From: Nannocystis bainbridge
GTDB taxonomy: Bacteria; Myxococcota_A; Polyangia; Nannocystales; Nannocystaceae
Length of the DNA stretch: 64,000 bases
Direction: 5' to 3'
Assembly (NCBI RefSeq): GCF_028368995.1
Contig: NZ_JAQNDL010000001.1
Coordinates: forward strand, 3,904,001 to 3,968,000
Shown here: one piece after another, positions 52,692 through 62,136 of the stretch
Position numbering within the stretch: the stretch's first letter is position 1
Layout of the letters: every line of letters starts with the position of its first letter
Notes under the pieces: model-generated
What the model was told of the DNA's origin: nothing
Databases searched by the model: none
The model's input: only the letters and a program-made list of their open reading frames with translations
Made by a program: the position numbers and the translations under genes

Positions 52692-52876
52692 CCTGTCCCT
52701 CGGGACAGTCGATGGACTTCGCCTGTTCCGCTGACCTGTCCCTCGAGACAGTCGCTGGACTTCGCCTGGTCCACTGACCTGTCCCACGGGACAGTCTCTG
52801 GACTTCACCTCGTCCGTTGACCTGTCCCTCGGGACAGGCAGGGAGATCTCCCCCGCGGGACCTGTCCTCGCGGACA
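52684..52876. repeat. 43-bp tandem repeat (3.6 copies), each with a near-perfect 14-bp palindrome, plus a fifth site
   Basis: TCCGCTGACCTGTCCCTCGGGACAGTCGATGGACTTCGCCTGT-like units at 52684, 52727, 52770 and 52813; TGTCCTCGCGGACA at 52863. Confidence 0.9.
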
Positions 52877-52877
52877 G

Positions 52878-53906
52878 CTAACCGCGCAGCTCGGCGATGC
52901 GCTGGGCCAGCCTGGCGATCGTCCGCGGCGACGAGCCCTCGGCCTTGTTGTTGACGATCACGTAGACCGGCAGGTCGAGGTCGGCCTCGACGCACACGCG
53001 GGCCAGCTCATCGCGGTTGCCGGGGTCCTCGTCGACCAGGTGGTCGAATGGGTCGTAGCGGGCCTCGGCGCGCTCGTAGTTCATGCTCGGGTGCAGCATC
53101 CAGCGGCACACCAGCGCCGGCGCCTGGCCCTGGTTGACGCGCGACCGCTGGGTCCGGGCCGGCGGCATGCTCGGGTAGACGTTGATGCAGTGGCACGCGC
53201 CGAACTCGGCCAGCGCGGCGGCGTAGGCGCCGGTCATCAGCTCGCGGTTGCGCAGCTCGATCGCGTAGAGCGGCCCGCGGGGCAGCCCGTCGAGGAAATA
53301 GCGCAGGCGGTCGACCAGCCAGCGCGGCCCGCCGAGCGCCCCGAAGTCCTGCGGCGCGAACTGGAACAGCAGCGGCCCCAGCGTCTCGCCGAGGCCCTCG
53401 ACCGCCGGCGCGACCACGAATTCGCTGGCGTACACCGGGTCGAGGAAGCGCTCGTTGGGCTGGCCGCGGACCTTGCCGTAGCGCTGGTGCCTCGGCCACA
53501 CCGCCGTCGTGCAGGCCTCGTGGGCCTTGACCAGGAAGCGGAACTCGGCCGGCACCGCCGCCGCGTAGGCCGCGTACTCGTCGGTCCGCGGCGGCGCGTA
53601 GTACGAGCGGTCGATGCCCACCGCGCGCATCAGCGGGTGGCGCGCGTACGCGGCCAGACCCTCGCGGGCGAGCCGCTGCTGGCTGTGCGGCAGGTCGTAA
53701 ACGAGCCCCGACCAGCCCGGGTAGGCCCACGAAGATGTCCCGAAGTGCAGGTTCTTCGGCAGCCGCTCGGCCAGCGCCTCCAGCTCGGCCGGGGCCGCGG
53801 CCGGCAAGATCGGCAGCGGCGTCTTCTTGTTGCCGCCGCCACGGCCGAGGCCGCCGGGGGTCGGGTCCTGCGAGGGATCGGCGAAGAGGTCGAGCTGAGG
53901 AGCCAT
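52878..53906 (-). CDS. DUF72 family protein
   Basis: GTSSWAYPGW.G.VY, IDRSYYAPP, FRFLVKA, LGPLLFQF, ELRN, VNNKAEG. Confidence 0.88.
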   Translation of the reverse strand: MAPQLDLFADPSQDPTPGGLGRGGGNKKTPLPILPAAAPAELEALAERLPKNLHFGTSSWAYPGWSGLVYDLPHSQQRLAREGLAAYARHPLMRAVGIDRSYYAPPRTDEYAAYAAAVPAEFRFLVKAHEACTTAVWPRHQRYGKVRGQPNERFLDPVYASEFVVAPAVEGLGETLGPLLFQFAPQDFGALGGPRWLVDRLRYFLDGLPRGPLYAIELRNRELMTGAYAAALAEFGACHCINVYPSMPPARTQRSRVNQGQAPALVCRWMLHPSMNYERAEARYDPFDHLVDEDPGNRDELARVCVEADLDLPVYVIVNNKAEGSSPRTIARLAQRIAELRG

Positions 53907-53997
53907 GCGCGCTTTTGCGCAGGATAGCCCCAGCTGCCCGCCCGCGCAAGCGCAGCCGACCTGCCCCAAAGGGCATGTCCCTCGGGACCGGCGGCTC

Positions 53998-54627
53998 TCA
54001 GCCCCGGCGGAACACCAGTGAGAAATTGTTGGCCGGCATCGCCACCAGCTCGGTCGCCTGCAACCCGTGGGTCGCCGCCGCCGCGCGCACGACGGCCTCG
54101 TCGCGCACGCCCCAGGCCGGGTCGCGGGCCCGCAGGTCGTCGTCGAAGGCCGCGTTGCTCGGCGCGGTGTGCTGGCCGCCGCGCTTGAACGGCCCGTACA
54201 AGAAGAGCAGCCCGCCCGCAGGCAGCACTCGCCCGGCCCCGGCCATCAGCGCCTCGCAGGCGGACCACGGGGCGATGTGGATCATGTTGATGCACACGAT
54301 CGCCTCGGCCGCCTCGACGGGCCACGGCCACGCGCCGACGTCGAGCCGCAGCGGCGCGCGCAGGTTGGGGGTCCCCTCGCTGATGACGCGCGCGGCGATC
54401 GACGCCAGCGCCCCGGGGTCGACGTCGGTCGGTTGCCACGAGACCCCAGGGAACGCGGCCGCGAAGCTCACCGCGTGCTCTCCGGTGCCGCTGGCGATTT
54501 CGAGCACGCGACCCTCCGCAGGCAGGACCCGTGCCAACACCTCTGCGATCGCCCCGCGATTGCGGAGCGCCGCCGGTGACGAGCGCACTTGAGACTGCTG
54601 CGGAGGCGGTGGATCGTGAGGCTGCAT
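53998..54627 (-). CDS. DUF938-type class I SAM-dependent methyltransferase
   Basis: SPAALRNR, LEIASGTGEH, WQPTD, INMIHIAPW, YGPF, WGVRD, MPANN. Confidence 0.9.
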   Translation of the reverse strand: MQPHDPPPPQQSQVRSSPAALRNRGAIAEVLARVLPAEGRVLEIASGTGEHAVSFAAAFPGVSWQPTDVDPGALASIAARVISEGTPNLRAPLRLDVGAWPWPVEAAEAIVCINMIHIAPWSACEALMAGAGRVLPAGGLLFLYGPFKRGGQHTAPSNAAFDDDLRARDPAWGVRDEAVVRAAAATHGLQATELVAMPANNFSLVFRRG

Positions 54628-54774
54628 CACCGCGATCGTAGCCTGAGTTGCCAGCCTCGTGGCTTTGCCGATTTGCGAGCTTCACTGGCCCGCGTTCGCG
54701 TACGCGGAGCGTGAGTCGGGGACCGGAGCGCGGTTCGGCGCTGGGCGCGAGGCGGCATGCTATGGTCCTCGACG

Positions 54775-55716
54775 ATGAGGCCCGGCTCCCGGCTCCTGGT
54801 GCTGCTCGCGGCGACGATCGGCGTCGTCTCGGGCTGCCTGGTCGAGCTCGACCCGCCGGCCGACTGCGGCGACGGCTTCATCGACGTGCTCGCCCAGGAG
54901 GACTGCGAGCCGTCCCTGCCCGACAGCTACGCCGACCGCTGCGCCGAGCTCGACCGCGTCGCCAGCCCGGCCGCCTGCGACCCCAAGACCTGCCGCTTCG
55001 CCGCCAGCGGCTGCCTCGCCTGCGGCAACGGCGTGCTCGACCCCGGCGAGGAGTGTGACCCCGAGGACATGTCCGAACCGACATGTCCCGGAGAAGGGGT
55101 AGCGACCTGCCGCGACAACTGCACCGTCGACCGCTCGGCCTGCTCGGCCTGCGGCAACGGCGTGCTCGACGTCGACGAGGAATGCGACTTCGCCCTCGAC
55201 CTCGACGACCTGGCCCTGACGATCGCCTGCGCGGAGCTCGACTCGCCGGGCGGCATCTCCCGCCGCTACGGCTCGGGCGAGTCGACCCGCTGCACCAGCA
55301 AGTGCGAGTGGGACCGCTCGCGCTGCTCCTACTGCCAGAACGACAAGCTCGAGGGCGACGAGGTCGACGGCCTCTACGTCGACTTCGAGCAGACCATCCA
55401 GCCGCCGCCCGAGGTCTGCGACAACCAGCACGCCGACCCCGAGGCCCTGGTGGCTCATTGCCAGTCGGCCTGCGGCAGCAGCTACCGCGTCGAGTGCCAG
55501 TTCTCCTGCGCCACCGACTGTCTGGAGTTCGAGAACGTGGGCGTGCCGACCGAAGAGCTCGGCTGCTGCACCGCCCGCAAAGAGACCTGCCCCTACGACC
55601 CGCAGACCGGCGAACTGATGCCCGGCCGCAGCCACTGCTGCCGCAAGCTCACCCATCCGGACGAGAATCCCTGCGAGCCGACCGGCTTCCCAAACCTCAT
55701 CTACACGTGCCGCTGA
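54775..55716 (+). CDS. Cys-rich myxobacterial lipoprotein
   Basis: Lipobox VSGC; CGDG and CGNG...EECD repeats. Confidence 0.8.
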   Translation: MRPGSRLLVLLAATIGVVSGCLVELDPPADCGDGFIDVLAQEDCEPSLPDSYADRCAELDRVASPAACDPKTCRFAASGCLACGNGVLDPGEECDPEDMSEPTCPGEGVATCRDNCTVDRSACSACGNGVLDVDEECDFALDLDDLALTIACAELDSPGGISRRYGSGESTRCTSKCEWDRSRCSYCQNDKLEGDEVDGLYVDFEQTIQPPPEVCDNQHADPEALVAHCQSACGSSYRVECQFSCATDCLEFENVGVPTEELGCCTARKETCPYDPQTGELMPGRSHCCRKLTHPDENPCEPTGFPNLIYTCR

Positions 55717-56014
55717 TCGCAGAGGGCACGCCGCCGCTGAACCCGGCGACCACCGGCGCGGAGCGGGCAGCGAGCTCGGGCGCCGTATGGCCGCCTGGCA
55801 TGCCTCGTGTCGCCTCGCGCGCGCGGCGCGAAGCCTCGCTCCAGAGCGGCGATCTCGCGCCTCCGGCAGCGCAGCGAACGGCCCGCGTGCGCCCTCCCCG
55901 GTTCCGCGGCCTCATGGCCTGGTGACCGGGCGCGAGCGCCTGACCGCCGCCTCGGCCCTGGCCGGGCTCTGCGGCGCACGCGGCCGGTTTGCCGCGTGTG
56001 CTACCTTGAAGTCG

Positions 56015-56992
56015 ATGCGCCCGCCGTACGCGCTGCTCGTCGCTGCTGCCGTCGCTGCCGGGGTGGGCTGCGTCGTCCCGCTCGACCCGGTGCGCGACTG
56101 CGGCGACGGTTTCATCGACAAGCTCGCCGGTGAGGACTGCGAGCCCTCGCTGGTCGCCGGCATGCTCGGCTTCTGCGGCGCCGACGAGGTCCCCGGCCCG
56201 GGCGCGTGCGACCGCGAGACCTGCACCTTCGACCGCGACGCCTGCACCCGCTGCGGCAACGGCCTGCTCGATCCCGGCGAGGCATGTGACCCAAGGGACA
56301 TGTCCCAACCGGCATGTCCGCTCGCAGGCCTGGCCCGCTGCCGCAGCGACTGCACCATCGACGTCTCGAGCTGCCCGCGCACCTGCGGCGACGGCGTCGT
56401 CGACCTCGACCTCGAGGAGTGCGACTGGGGTCGGCCCGACGACCTCACCGACAAGGGCGCCCCGCTCAGCGTCGAATGCGTCGACCTCCCCGCCCCGACC
56501 TACCGCGCCTACGGCGACGGCACCTCGACCCAGTGCACCGCCGACTGCACATGGGACCGCTCCGACTGCACCTACTGCGGCAACGCGCGCCTCGAGAGCC
56601 TCGCCGTCATCGACAAGTACGACCTCCACCTCGACGACGCCGGGAGGCACGACTTCGCGCCCGAAGTCTGCGACGCCGGGGTGGCGCCCGATCTGCAAGC
56701 GCTGAGCGCGTTCTGTCAGGACCGCTGCGACGCCGGCGGCCTCATGATCGCGTGCACCTACGCATGCAGCGCCACCTGTGAGAGCTTCCTCGAGCCCGAG
56801 GACGGCGGCCCCGACAACGGCTGCTGCACCCCGAGGGGCGCCAGTTGCCCTTACTACAAGGACGGCGAGCTGTTCAAGCTGTTCAACAAGCGCAAGCCGT
56901 GTTGCGGCCTGGAGGGCATCGAGTTCGACGCGGACCCGTGCGTCGTGAATGTGGAGCTCGAGGGTACGGTGGGCTTGCGCATCTGCCCTTGA
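56015..56992 (+). CDS. Cys-rich myxobacterial lipoprotein, tandem paralogue of 54775..55716
   Basis: Lipobox GVGC; colinear motifs DCGDGFID.LA.EDCEPSL, C.WDRS.C.YC, PEVCD, GCCT.R...CPY. Confidence 0.8.
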   Translation: MRPPYALLVAAAVAAGVGCVVPLDPVRDCGDGFIDKLAGEDCEPSLVAGMLGFCGADEVPGPGACDRETCTFDRDACTRCGNGLLDPGEACDPRDMSQPACPLAGLARCRSDCTIDVSSCPRTCGDGVVDLDLEECDWGRPDDLTDKGAPLSVECVDLPAPTYRAYGDGTSTQCTADCTWDRSDCTYCGNARLESLAVIDKYDLHLDDAGRHDFAPEVCDAGVAPDLQALSAFCQDRCDAGGLMIACTYACSATCESFLEPEDGGPDNGCCTPRGASCPYYKDGELFKLFNKRKPCCGLEGIEFDADPCVVNVELEGTVGLRICP

Positions 56993-57028
56993 GCGGCCGG
57001 CCCTGGCTCGCTAAAGTCCGCGCCTCGC

Positions 57029-58057
57029 ATGTCCGAGCCTCGCAAGTCTCTCGTCACCGGCGGCTGCGGCTTCCTCGGCCGCTTCCTCGTCGACGCCCTC
57101 GTCCGCCGCGGTGACAAGGTCACCGTCCTCGACCACAAGGTCGATCGCTGGCGCGACGACGTCCAGTTCATCGCCGGCGACATCTGCGACCCCGAGGTCG
57201 TCGCCCGCGCCTGCGCCGGCCAGGACGTCGTGTTCCACAACGCCTCGCTGGTCCACACCAAGCACAGCCGCGTCGAGCAGGTCCGCGCCGTCAACATCGA
57301 CGGCACCCGCAACGTCCTCGAAGCCTGTCGCAAGGGACAGGTGCCGAAGCTCGTCTACGTCAGCTCCGCCAGCGTCGTCTACGAGGGGCGCGACATCGAG
57401 CGCGGCGACGAGAACCTGCCCTACGCCCGCGAGTGGCTCGCGCCCTACGCCGAGACCAAGCGGATCGCCGAGGAGGAGGTCCTGAACGCCAACGGTCAGG
57501 GCGGCCTGCTCACCTGCGCCATCCGCCCGCACATGATCTTCGGGCCCGGCGACACCCGCCTGCTGCCGGCGATCCTCGCCCGCGCCAGGGCCGGCAACCT
57601 CAAGTTCACCGTCGGCGGCGGCGACCGCCTCAACGACTTCACCTATGTCACCAACATCGTCGACGCCCTGCTGGCCGCCGACGAGCGCCTGGTGCCCGGC
57701 TCACCGGTCGGCGGTCGCGCCTACTTCATCACCAACGGCGAGCCGATGAACTTCTGGGACTTCGTGCGCCGCGTCCTCGTCGGCCTCGGCTACCCGACCC
57801 CGCGGTTCCGCATCCCCTACGCCGTCGCCTACGCCGCCGCTGCCGCCCGCGAGACCTTCGACACCATCGTCCGCGGCGGCACCCTGCACGCCGAGGAGGG
57901 CCTGTCGCGGTTCTCGATCCGCTACATCTGCACCCACCACTACTTCGACTGCGCGCGCGCGGCCGCCGACCTCGGCTACAAGCCCCAGGTCTCGATGCTC
58001 GAGGGCATCCGCCGCACCGTCGAGTATTTTCGCGCCCAGGGCATCGCCGCCGCCTGA
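57029..58057 (+). CDS. 3-beta-hydroxysteroid dehydrogenase/NSDHL-like extended SDR
   Basis: VTGGCGFLG, VFHNAS, VYVSSASVV, YAETK, AIRPH.IFGPGD, DFTYV.N, GRAYFITNGEP..FWDF. Confidence 0.85.
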   Translation: MSEPRKSLVTGGCGFLGRFLVDALVRRGDKVTVLDHKVDRWRDDVQFIAGDICDPEVVARACAGQDVVFHNASLVHTKHSRVEQVRAVNIDGTRNVLEACRKGQVPKLVYVSSASVVYEGRDIERGDENLPYAREWLAPYAETKRIAEEEVLNANGQGGLLTCAIRPHMIFGPGDTRLLPAILARARAGNLKFTVGGGDRLNDFTYVTNIVDALLAADERLVPGSPVGGRAYFITNGEPMNFWDFVRRVLVGLGYPTPRFRIPYAVAYAAAAARETFDTIVRGGTLHAEEGLSRFSIRYICTHHYFDCARAAADLGYKPQVSMLEGIRRTVEYFRAQGIAAA

Positions 58058-58088
58058 GCTGGGCGCGCGCCTCGACCTCCGCTAGCGT

Positions 58089-58520
58089 GTGGGCCTCGTG
58101 TCGATCTACGGCCCGCCCGCGTCCCTGGCCCGTGACCACGCGCGTCGCACCGGCCTGCAACTCACCCGGGTCATCCTCGCGGTCATCGCCATCACCGGCC
58201 TCGTCGGCGTCGCCATGGTGGTACTGCTCGAGTCTCAGGACCTCGGCAGCCATCACCTCGCCGTCGACCGGGCCGAGACGATCCGGCTCGAGGCAGAGGC
58301 CCGGCACGAGGTCATGCGCCTGCAGACCGCCGAATTCCTGCCGTCGGTGCCGATCGTGCCCGACCTCGAGGCCCCGCCGCCGCTCCTGCGATCGGCGGAG
58401 CTGCTGCCGGTCGACGCCTGGCCCCGGCCGATCGACGACGACGCTCATGAGCCCGGTGAGCCCGAGCGAAAATCACCGGCCGAGCCCGCTCGCCTGCAGA
58501 CCGCCGAGATCCTCCACTGA
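58089..58520 (+). CDS. Hypothetical single-TM membrane protein
   Basis: Hydrophobic helix VILAVIAITGLVGVAMVVLL; coding codon bias. Confidence 0.55.
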   Translation: MGLVSIYGPPASLARDHARRTGLQLTRVILAVIAITGLVGVAMVVLLESQDLGSHHLAVDRAETIRLEAEARHEVMRLQTAEFLPSVPIVPDLEAPPPLLRSAELLPVDAWPRPIDDDAHEPGEPERKSPAEPARLQTAEILH

Positions 58521-58638
58521 CAGCGGGCGCATCACGCCCCGCGCTTCCGCCTCGTTCGCTGCCGAGCTCGTCGCTCTCGAGCTCCCGAGCCCGCGGTGAA
58601 GCGTCAGATCGGCGCAGCTTTCGGCCACACTGCTCGAC

Positions 58639-60453
58639 GTGGCCGCTCCGCCCGAAGAACCAGGCCTGCGCCGCTTCCTCGGCGTGTTCCGTTACGGCCG
58701 CCGCGCGCTGGGGCTGGTGTGGTCGACCAGCAAGTCGCTGACCGTCGCCCTCGCCGCGCTCACCCTCGTCGTCGGCCTGCTGCCCGCTGCCGCGGCCTAC
58801 GTCGGCCAGCTCATCGTCGACGCCGTCGTGCACGCCGCCCAGGTCAGCCACGATCCGTCGCCGGTGCTGCGGCTCGTCGCCGTCGAGGCGCTGCTGGTCG
58901 TCCTGCTCGCCTTCGCCCAGCGAGCGATCGCCGTCTGTCACTCGCTGCTGCGCACCCAGCTCGGCCAGCGCGTCAACGTCATGATCCTCGAAAAGGCGCT
59001 GACGCTCGACCTCACCCACTTCGAGGACGCCGACTTCTACGACAAGCTGACCCGCGCCCGCCGCGAGGCCTCGAGCCGCCCGCTGAGCCTCGTCGGCCGC
59101 ACCTTCGCGCTGGTCCAGAACGCCATCTCGCTGACCAGCTTCGCCGCCCTGCTGTTCGGCTTCTCGCCGTGGGCCGCGCTGATCCTCGCGCTCGCCGGGC
59201 TGCCCTCGTTCCTCGCCGAGGCCAAGTTCTCGGGCGACGCCTTCCGCCTGTTCCGCTGGCGCGCCCCCGAGACGCGCATGCAATATTATTACGAGACGGC
59301 GATCAGCACCCTCGATTACGCCAAGGAGGTCAAGCTCTACGGACTCGGTCCGCTGTTCCTCCGCCGCTATCGGCAGATCTTCCGCGACCTCTACGCCGAG
59401 GACCGCAAGCTGACGCTGCGCCGCGGCCTGTGGAGCGGCGCGCTCGGCCTGCTCGCCACCGGCGCTTTTTATGGCGCGTACATGTGGATCGCCATCGCCG
59501 CGGTAGCCGGCGAAATCTCGCTCGGCGAGATGACGATGTACCTGTTGCTGTTCCGCCAGGGTCAGACCGCGGTCTCGGCGATCCTCGGGGCGATCGGCGG
59601 CATGTACGAGGACAACCTCTACCTCTCGACCCTCTACGAATACCTTTCGCAGGACGTCGCCGCGCCCTCGGGCACCGCGACCTCCGGCCCCGATCCGAGC
59701 GACGGCATCCGCTTCGACCACGTCGGCTTCACCTACCCGGGCGCGCCCGCGCCGACGCTGCACGACGTCAGCTTTCACATCCGCCCCGGCCAGAGCCTGG
59801 CGCTGGTCGGCGAGAACGGCAGCGGCAAGACCACCCTGATTAAACTCCTGACGCGCCTCTATGACCCGACGGCCGGCCACATCTCCCTCGACGGCCGCGA
59901 CCTCCGCGAGTGGGACGCGACGGCGCTGCGCCGCCGCGTGGGGGTGATCTTCCAGGACTTCGCCCGCTACCAGCTCAAGGTCGGCGAGAACATCGGCGCC
60001 GGCGACGTCACCGCGTTCGAAGATCGCGCGCGCTGGCAGGCGTCCGCGCAAAAAGGCATGTCCGAAGAATTCATCAAGGGCATGCCGAAGCAGTACGAGA
60101 CCCAGCTCGGCCGACTTTTTAAAGAAGGCCGCGAGCTGTCGGGCGGTCAGTGGCAGAAGATCGCCCTGTCGCGCGCCTTCATGCGCAGCGGCGCCGACGT
60201 GCTGGTCCTCGACGAGCCGACCGCCGCGATGGACGCCGAGGCCGAGGCCCAGGTGTTCGAGCACGTCCGCAATCTTTCAAAAGACCGCATGGTCATCCTG
60301 ATCTCCCACCGCTTCTCGACGGTGCGCGCGGCCGACCACATCCTCGTGCTCCACGACGGCCGGATCCTCGAGGACGGCGACCACGCGTCGCTGATGCAGC
60401 AAGGCGGCCGCTACGAGCGCCTGTTCTCGCTGCAGGCGCAGGGCTACCGCTGA
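58639..60453 (+). CDS. ABC transporter, fused permease/ATPase
   Basis: TM helices; GENGSGKT Walker A, LSGGQWQK signature, VLVLDE Walker B, SHR. Confidence 0.93.
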   Translation: MAAPPEEPGLRRFLGVFRYGRRALGLVWSTSKSLTVALAALTLVVGLLPAAAAYVGQLIVDAVVHAAQVSHDPSPVLRLVAVEALLVVLLAFAQRAIAVCHSLLRTQLGQRVNVMILEKALTLDLTHFEDADFYDKLTRARREASSRPLSLVGRTFALVQNAISLTSFAALLFGFSPWAALILALAGLPSFLAEAKFSGDAFRLFRWRAPETRMQYYYETAISTLDYAKEVKLYGLGPLFLRRYRQIFRDLYAEDRKLTLRRGLWSGALGLLATGAFYGAYMWIAIAAVAGEISLGEMTMYLLLFRQGQTAVSAILGAIGGMYEDNLYLSTLYEYLSQDVAAPSGTATSGPDPSDGIRFDHVGFTYPGAPAPTLHDVSFHIRPGQSLALVGENGSGKTTLIKLLTRLYDPTAGHISLDGRDLREWDATALRRRVGVIFQDFARYQLKVGENIGAGDVTAFEDRARWQASAQKGMSEEFIKGMPKQYETQLGRLFKEGRELSGGQWQKIALSRAFMRSGADVLVLDEPTAAMDAEAEAQVFEHVRNLSKDRMVILISHRFSTVRAADHILVLHDGRILEDGDHASLMQQGGRYERLFSLQAQGYR

Positions 60454-60498
60454 GAGCGACGCTCCTCGCGGTCGCGCGGGTTCACGGCCGCGCAATGA

Positions 60499-61302
60499 TC
60501 AGCACGGCGATTGATAGCACTTCGCGGCCTCGCGCGACGTCTCCACCGCGATCTTCCACTCGCCGCCGCGCTGCGTCATGACGATGACCTTGTTGTGCGG
60601 CTTGCGGCCCTTGCCGTCGCCGCGGTCGTAGACGCCGAGGTCGCAGAGGACGACCCGATCCGCGCCCTCCACCCGCAAGAACGACACGCTCGCGGGTGCG
60701 ACGTCGAGGCTGCCGCGCAGCTCGGAGCGCCGCTGCCCGATCTCCGCGTTCGTGTGATCGTAGAAGCACTCCATCGGCGCAGCGAAGCCCGCGTGGTAGC
60801 GGGCGAGATCGCGTTCGTTGTAAGCGCGAATGGTGTCGAGATACGTCGCACAGGCCGCATGGGCGAGCTCGGGCACCCCATCCCGCCCCGCGAAGCAGAC
60901 GCGCTCGGACCCGCGTTGGACGAACGACGAGCCGATGCCGACGACCAGCAACACCAGCGCACCGCCGACCCCGAGCATCTTGCCTCGCCGTCCCCGCGGC
61001 ACGCGGGAGTGATTGACGACCGTGAGCGGCAGCGTGATGTCCCACGCACGCGCGACATCCTCGATGGCCTCGCGCTGGCCCGGCACTCTCTCCACCCACC
61101 GCTCGAACAGCGCCGAGTCGAGCATTTTGTGCCGAACCAGCACCTCGACCAGGTCGGAGGCGAAGCTCGAGCGAGTCAAATTGCCTTCGAGAATATTGAG
61201 CTTGAGTACATGCCCGTCGGGCAGCTCGCGCGACAATTGGCGCATCTCCTCGACCGAAAGCGTCTTTGCCAACAGCTTCGACAGGTCTTGCGAGCGCGAC
61301 AT
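60499..61302 (-). CDS. Membrane protein: N-terminal helical (EAD/death-like?) domain, TM, C-terminal NTF2-like domain
   Basis: Helical N-terminal ~85 aa; TM MLGVGGALVLLVVGIG; C-terminal 'AYNERDL..Y...FA...GEWKIAVE'. Confidence 0.65.
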   Translation of the reverse strand: MSRSQDLSKLLAKTLSVEEMRQLSRELPDGHVLKLNILEGNLTRSSFASDLVEVLVRHKMLDSALFERWVERVPGQREAIEDVARAWDITLPLTVVNHSRVPRGRRGKMLGVGGALVLLVVGIGSSFVQRGSERVCFAGRDGVPELAHAACATYLDTIRAYNERDLARYHAGFAAPMECFYDHTNAEIGQRRSELRGSLDVAPASVSFLRVEGADRVVLCDLGVYDRGDGKGRKPHNKVIVMTQRGGEWKIAVETSREAAKCYQSPC

Positions 61303-61418
61303 CAGGCCGCGCTCACCATAACGCAATCAGGTCCGCCACCGTATCCCGGCGCTCGCCGGGCCTGGGCCGCAGCCCTTGTGGGAGGCGCTGCAGCATCACG
61401 GCCGGCGGCGCCTGTCCC

Positions 61419-61808
61419 TCAATACGCCTCGCGGAGCTCCGCCCGCTCACGCGCCTCGCGTTCGCGGATCTCCTGCGCCTCCACCGTCAGCCGCGCCGTC
61501 GGCTGCGCGGACAGGCGCTCGAACGGGATCTCCTCCTCCGTGTCTTCGCAGATCCCGTACGTCCCGGCCTGCATGCGGGCCAGCGCGTCCTCGACCTCGC
61601 GCAGGCGCGAGCGGTCGTGGTCGGCGATGCTGAGCTGGGCCACCTGGGCCGCCTCGTTGGCGGCGTGATCTTGTTGGTCGCCGACGTCGGGCGTGAGTGG
61701 GTCGGTGGTGTCGGCGCGGTGCTCGATCTCCCGGCGGAGCAGGGACGAGCGCTCGGCGTCGAGGCGCTGCTTCAGATCGGCGAGCTGTTCTTTGGTGAGG
61801 TGGTCCAT
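61419..61808 (-). CDS. DksA/TraR-family transcription factor with a single Cys
   Basis: Coiled-coil tip DQQDHAANE; ALARM..GTYGICEDTEEEIPFERLSAQPTARLTVEAQ. Confidence 0.88.
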   Translation of the reverse strand: MDHLTKEQLADLKQRLDAERSSLLRREIEHRADTTDPLTPDVGDQQDHAANEAAQVAQLSIADHDRSRLREVEDALARMQAGTYGICEDTEEEIPFERLSAQPTARLTVEAQEIREREARERAELREAY

Positions 61809-62136
61809 CGCTGGGCGACAGCGTAGTACCAATCGCGCGGGGGCGCAGCGCTCGCGGTGCCGCGGGGCTGCCTCGCCGGCGAACTCGACCGCGGGCGGTC
61901 CGGATCGCCGACGCCTGGCGGCCTGCTGTGGCCGCGTACGGCGGTTCGCCGGCGCATCGCCGGTCTGACGCGCGGTGACGGTGGCTCCGGCGGCCCATCA
62001 CCCGACGAGGATCGCACGCCGACTGCGTAGGACGCGATCCCCGACGCGCTCCGGAGATTCACCGTTCGCCGGCCTGCGACGCCGCCGCCGGCCGGCTCGT
62101 CGCCAGCGCCGCGCCGGCCGTGATACACCCGATCTC

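Noticed and set aside
52684-52876. CRISPR array
   Set aside because: The 'spacers' are near-identical and short and there are no cas genes; it is a tandem repeat.
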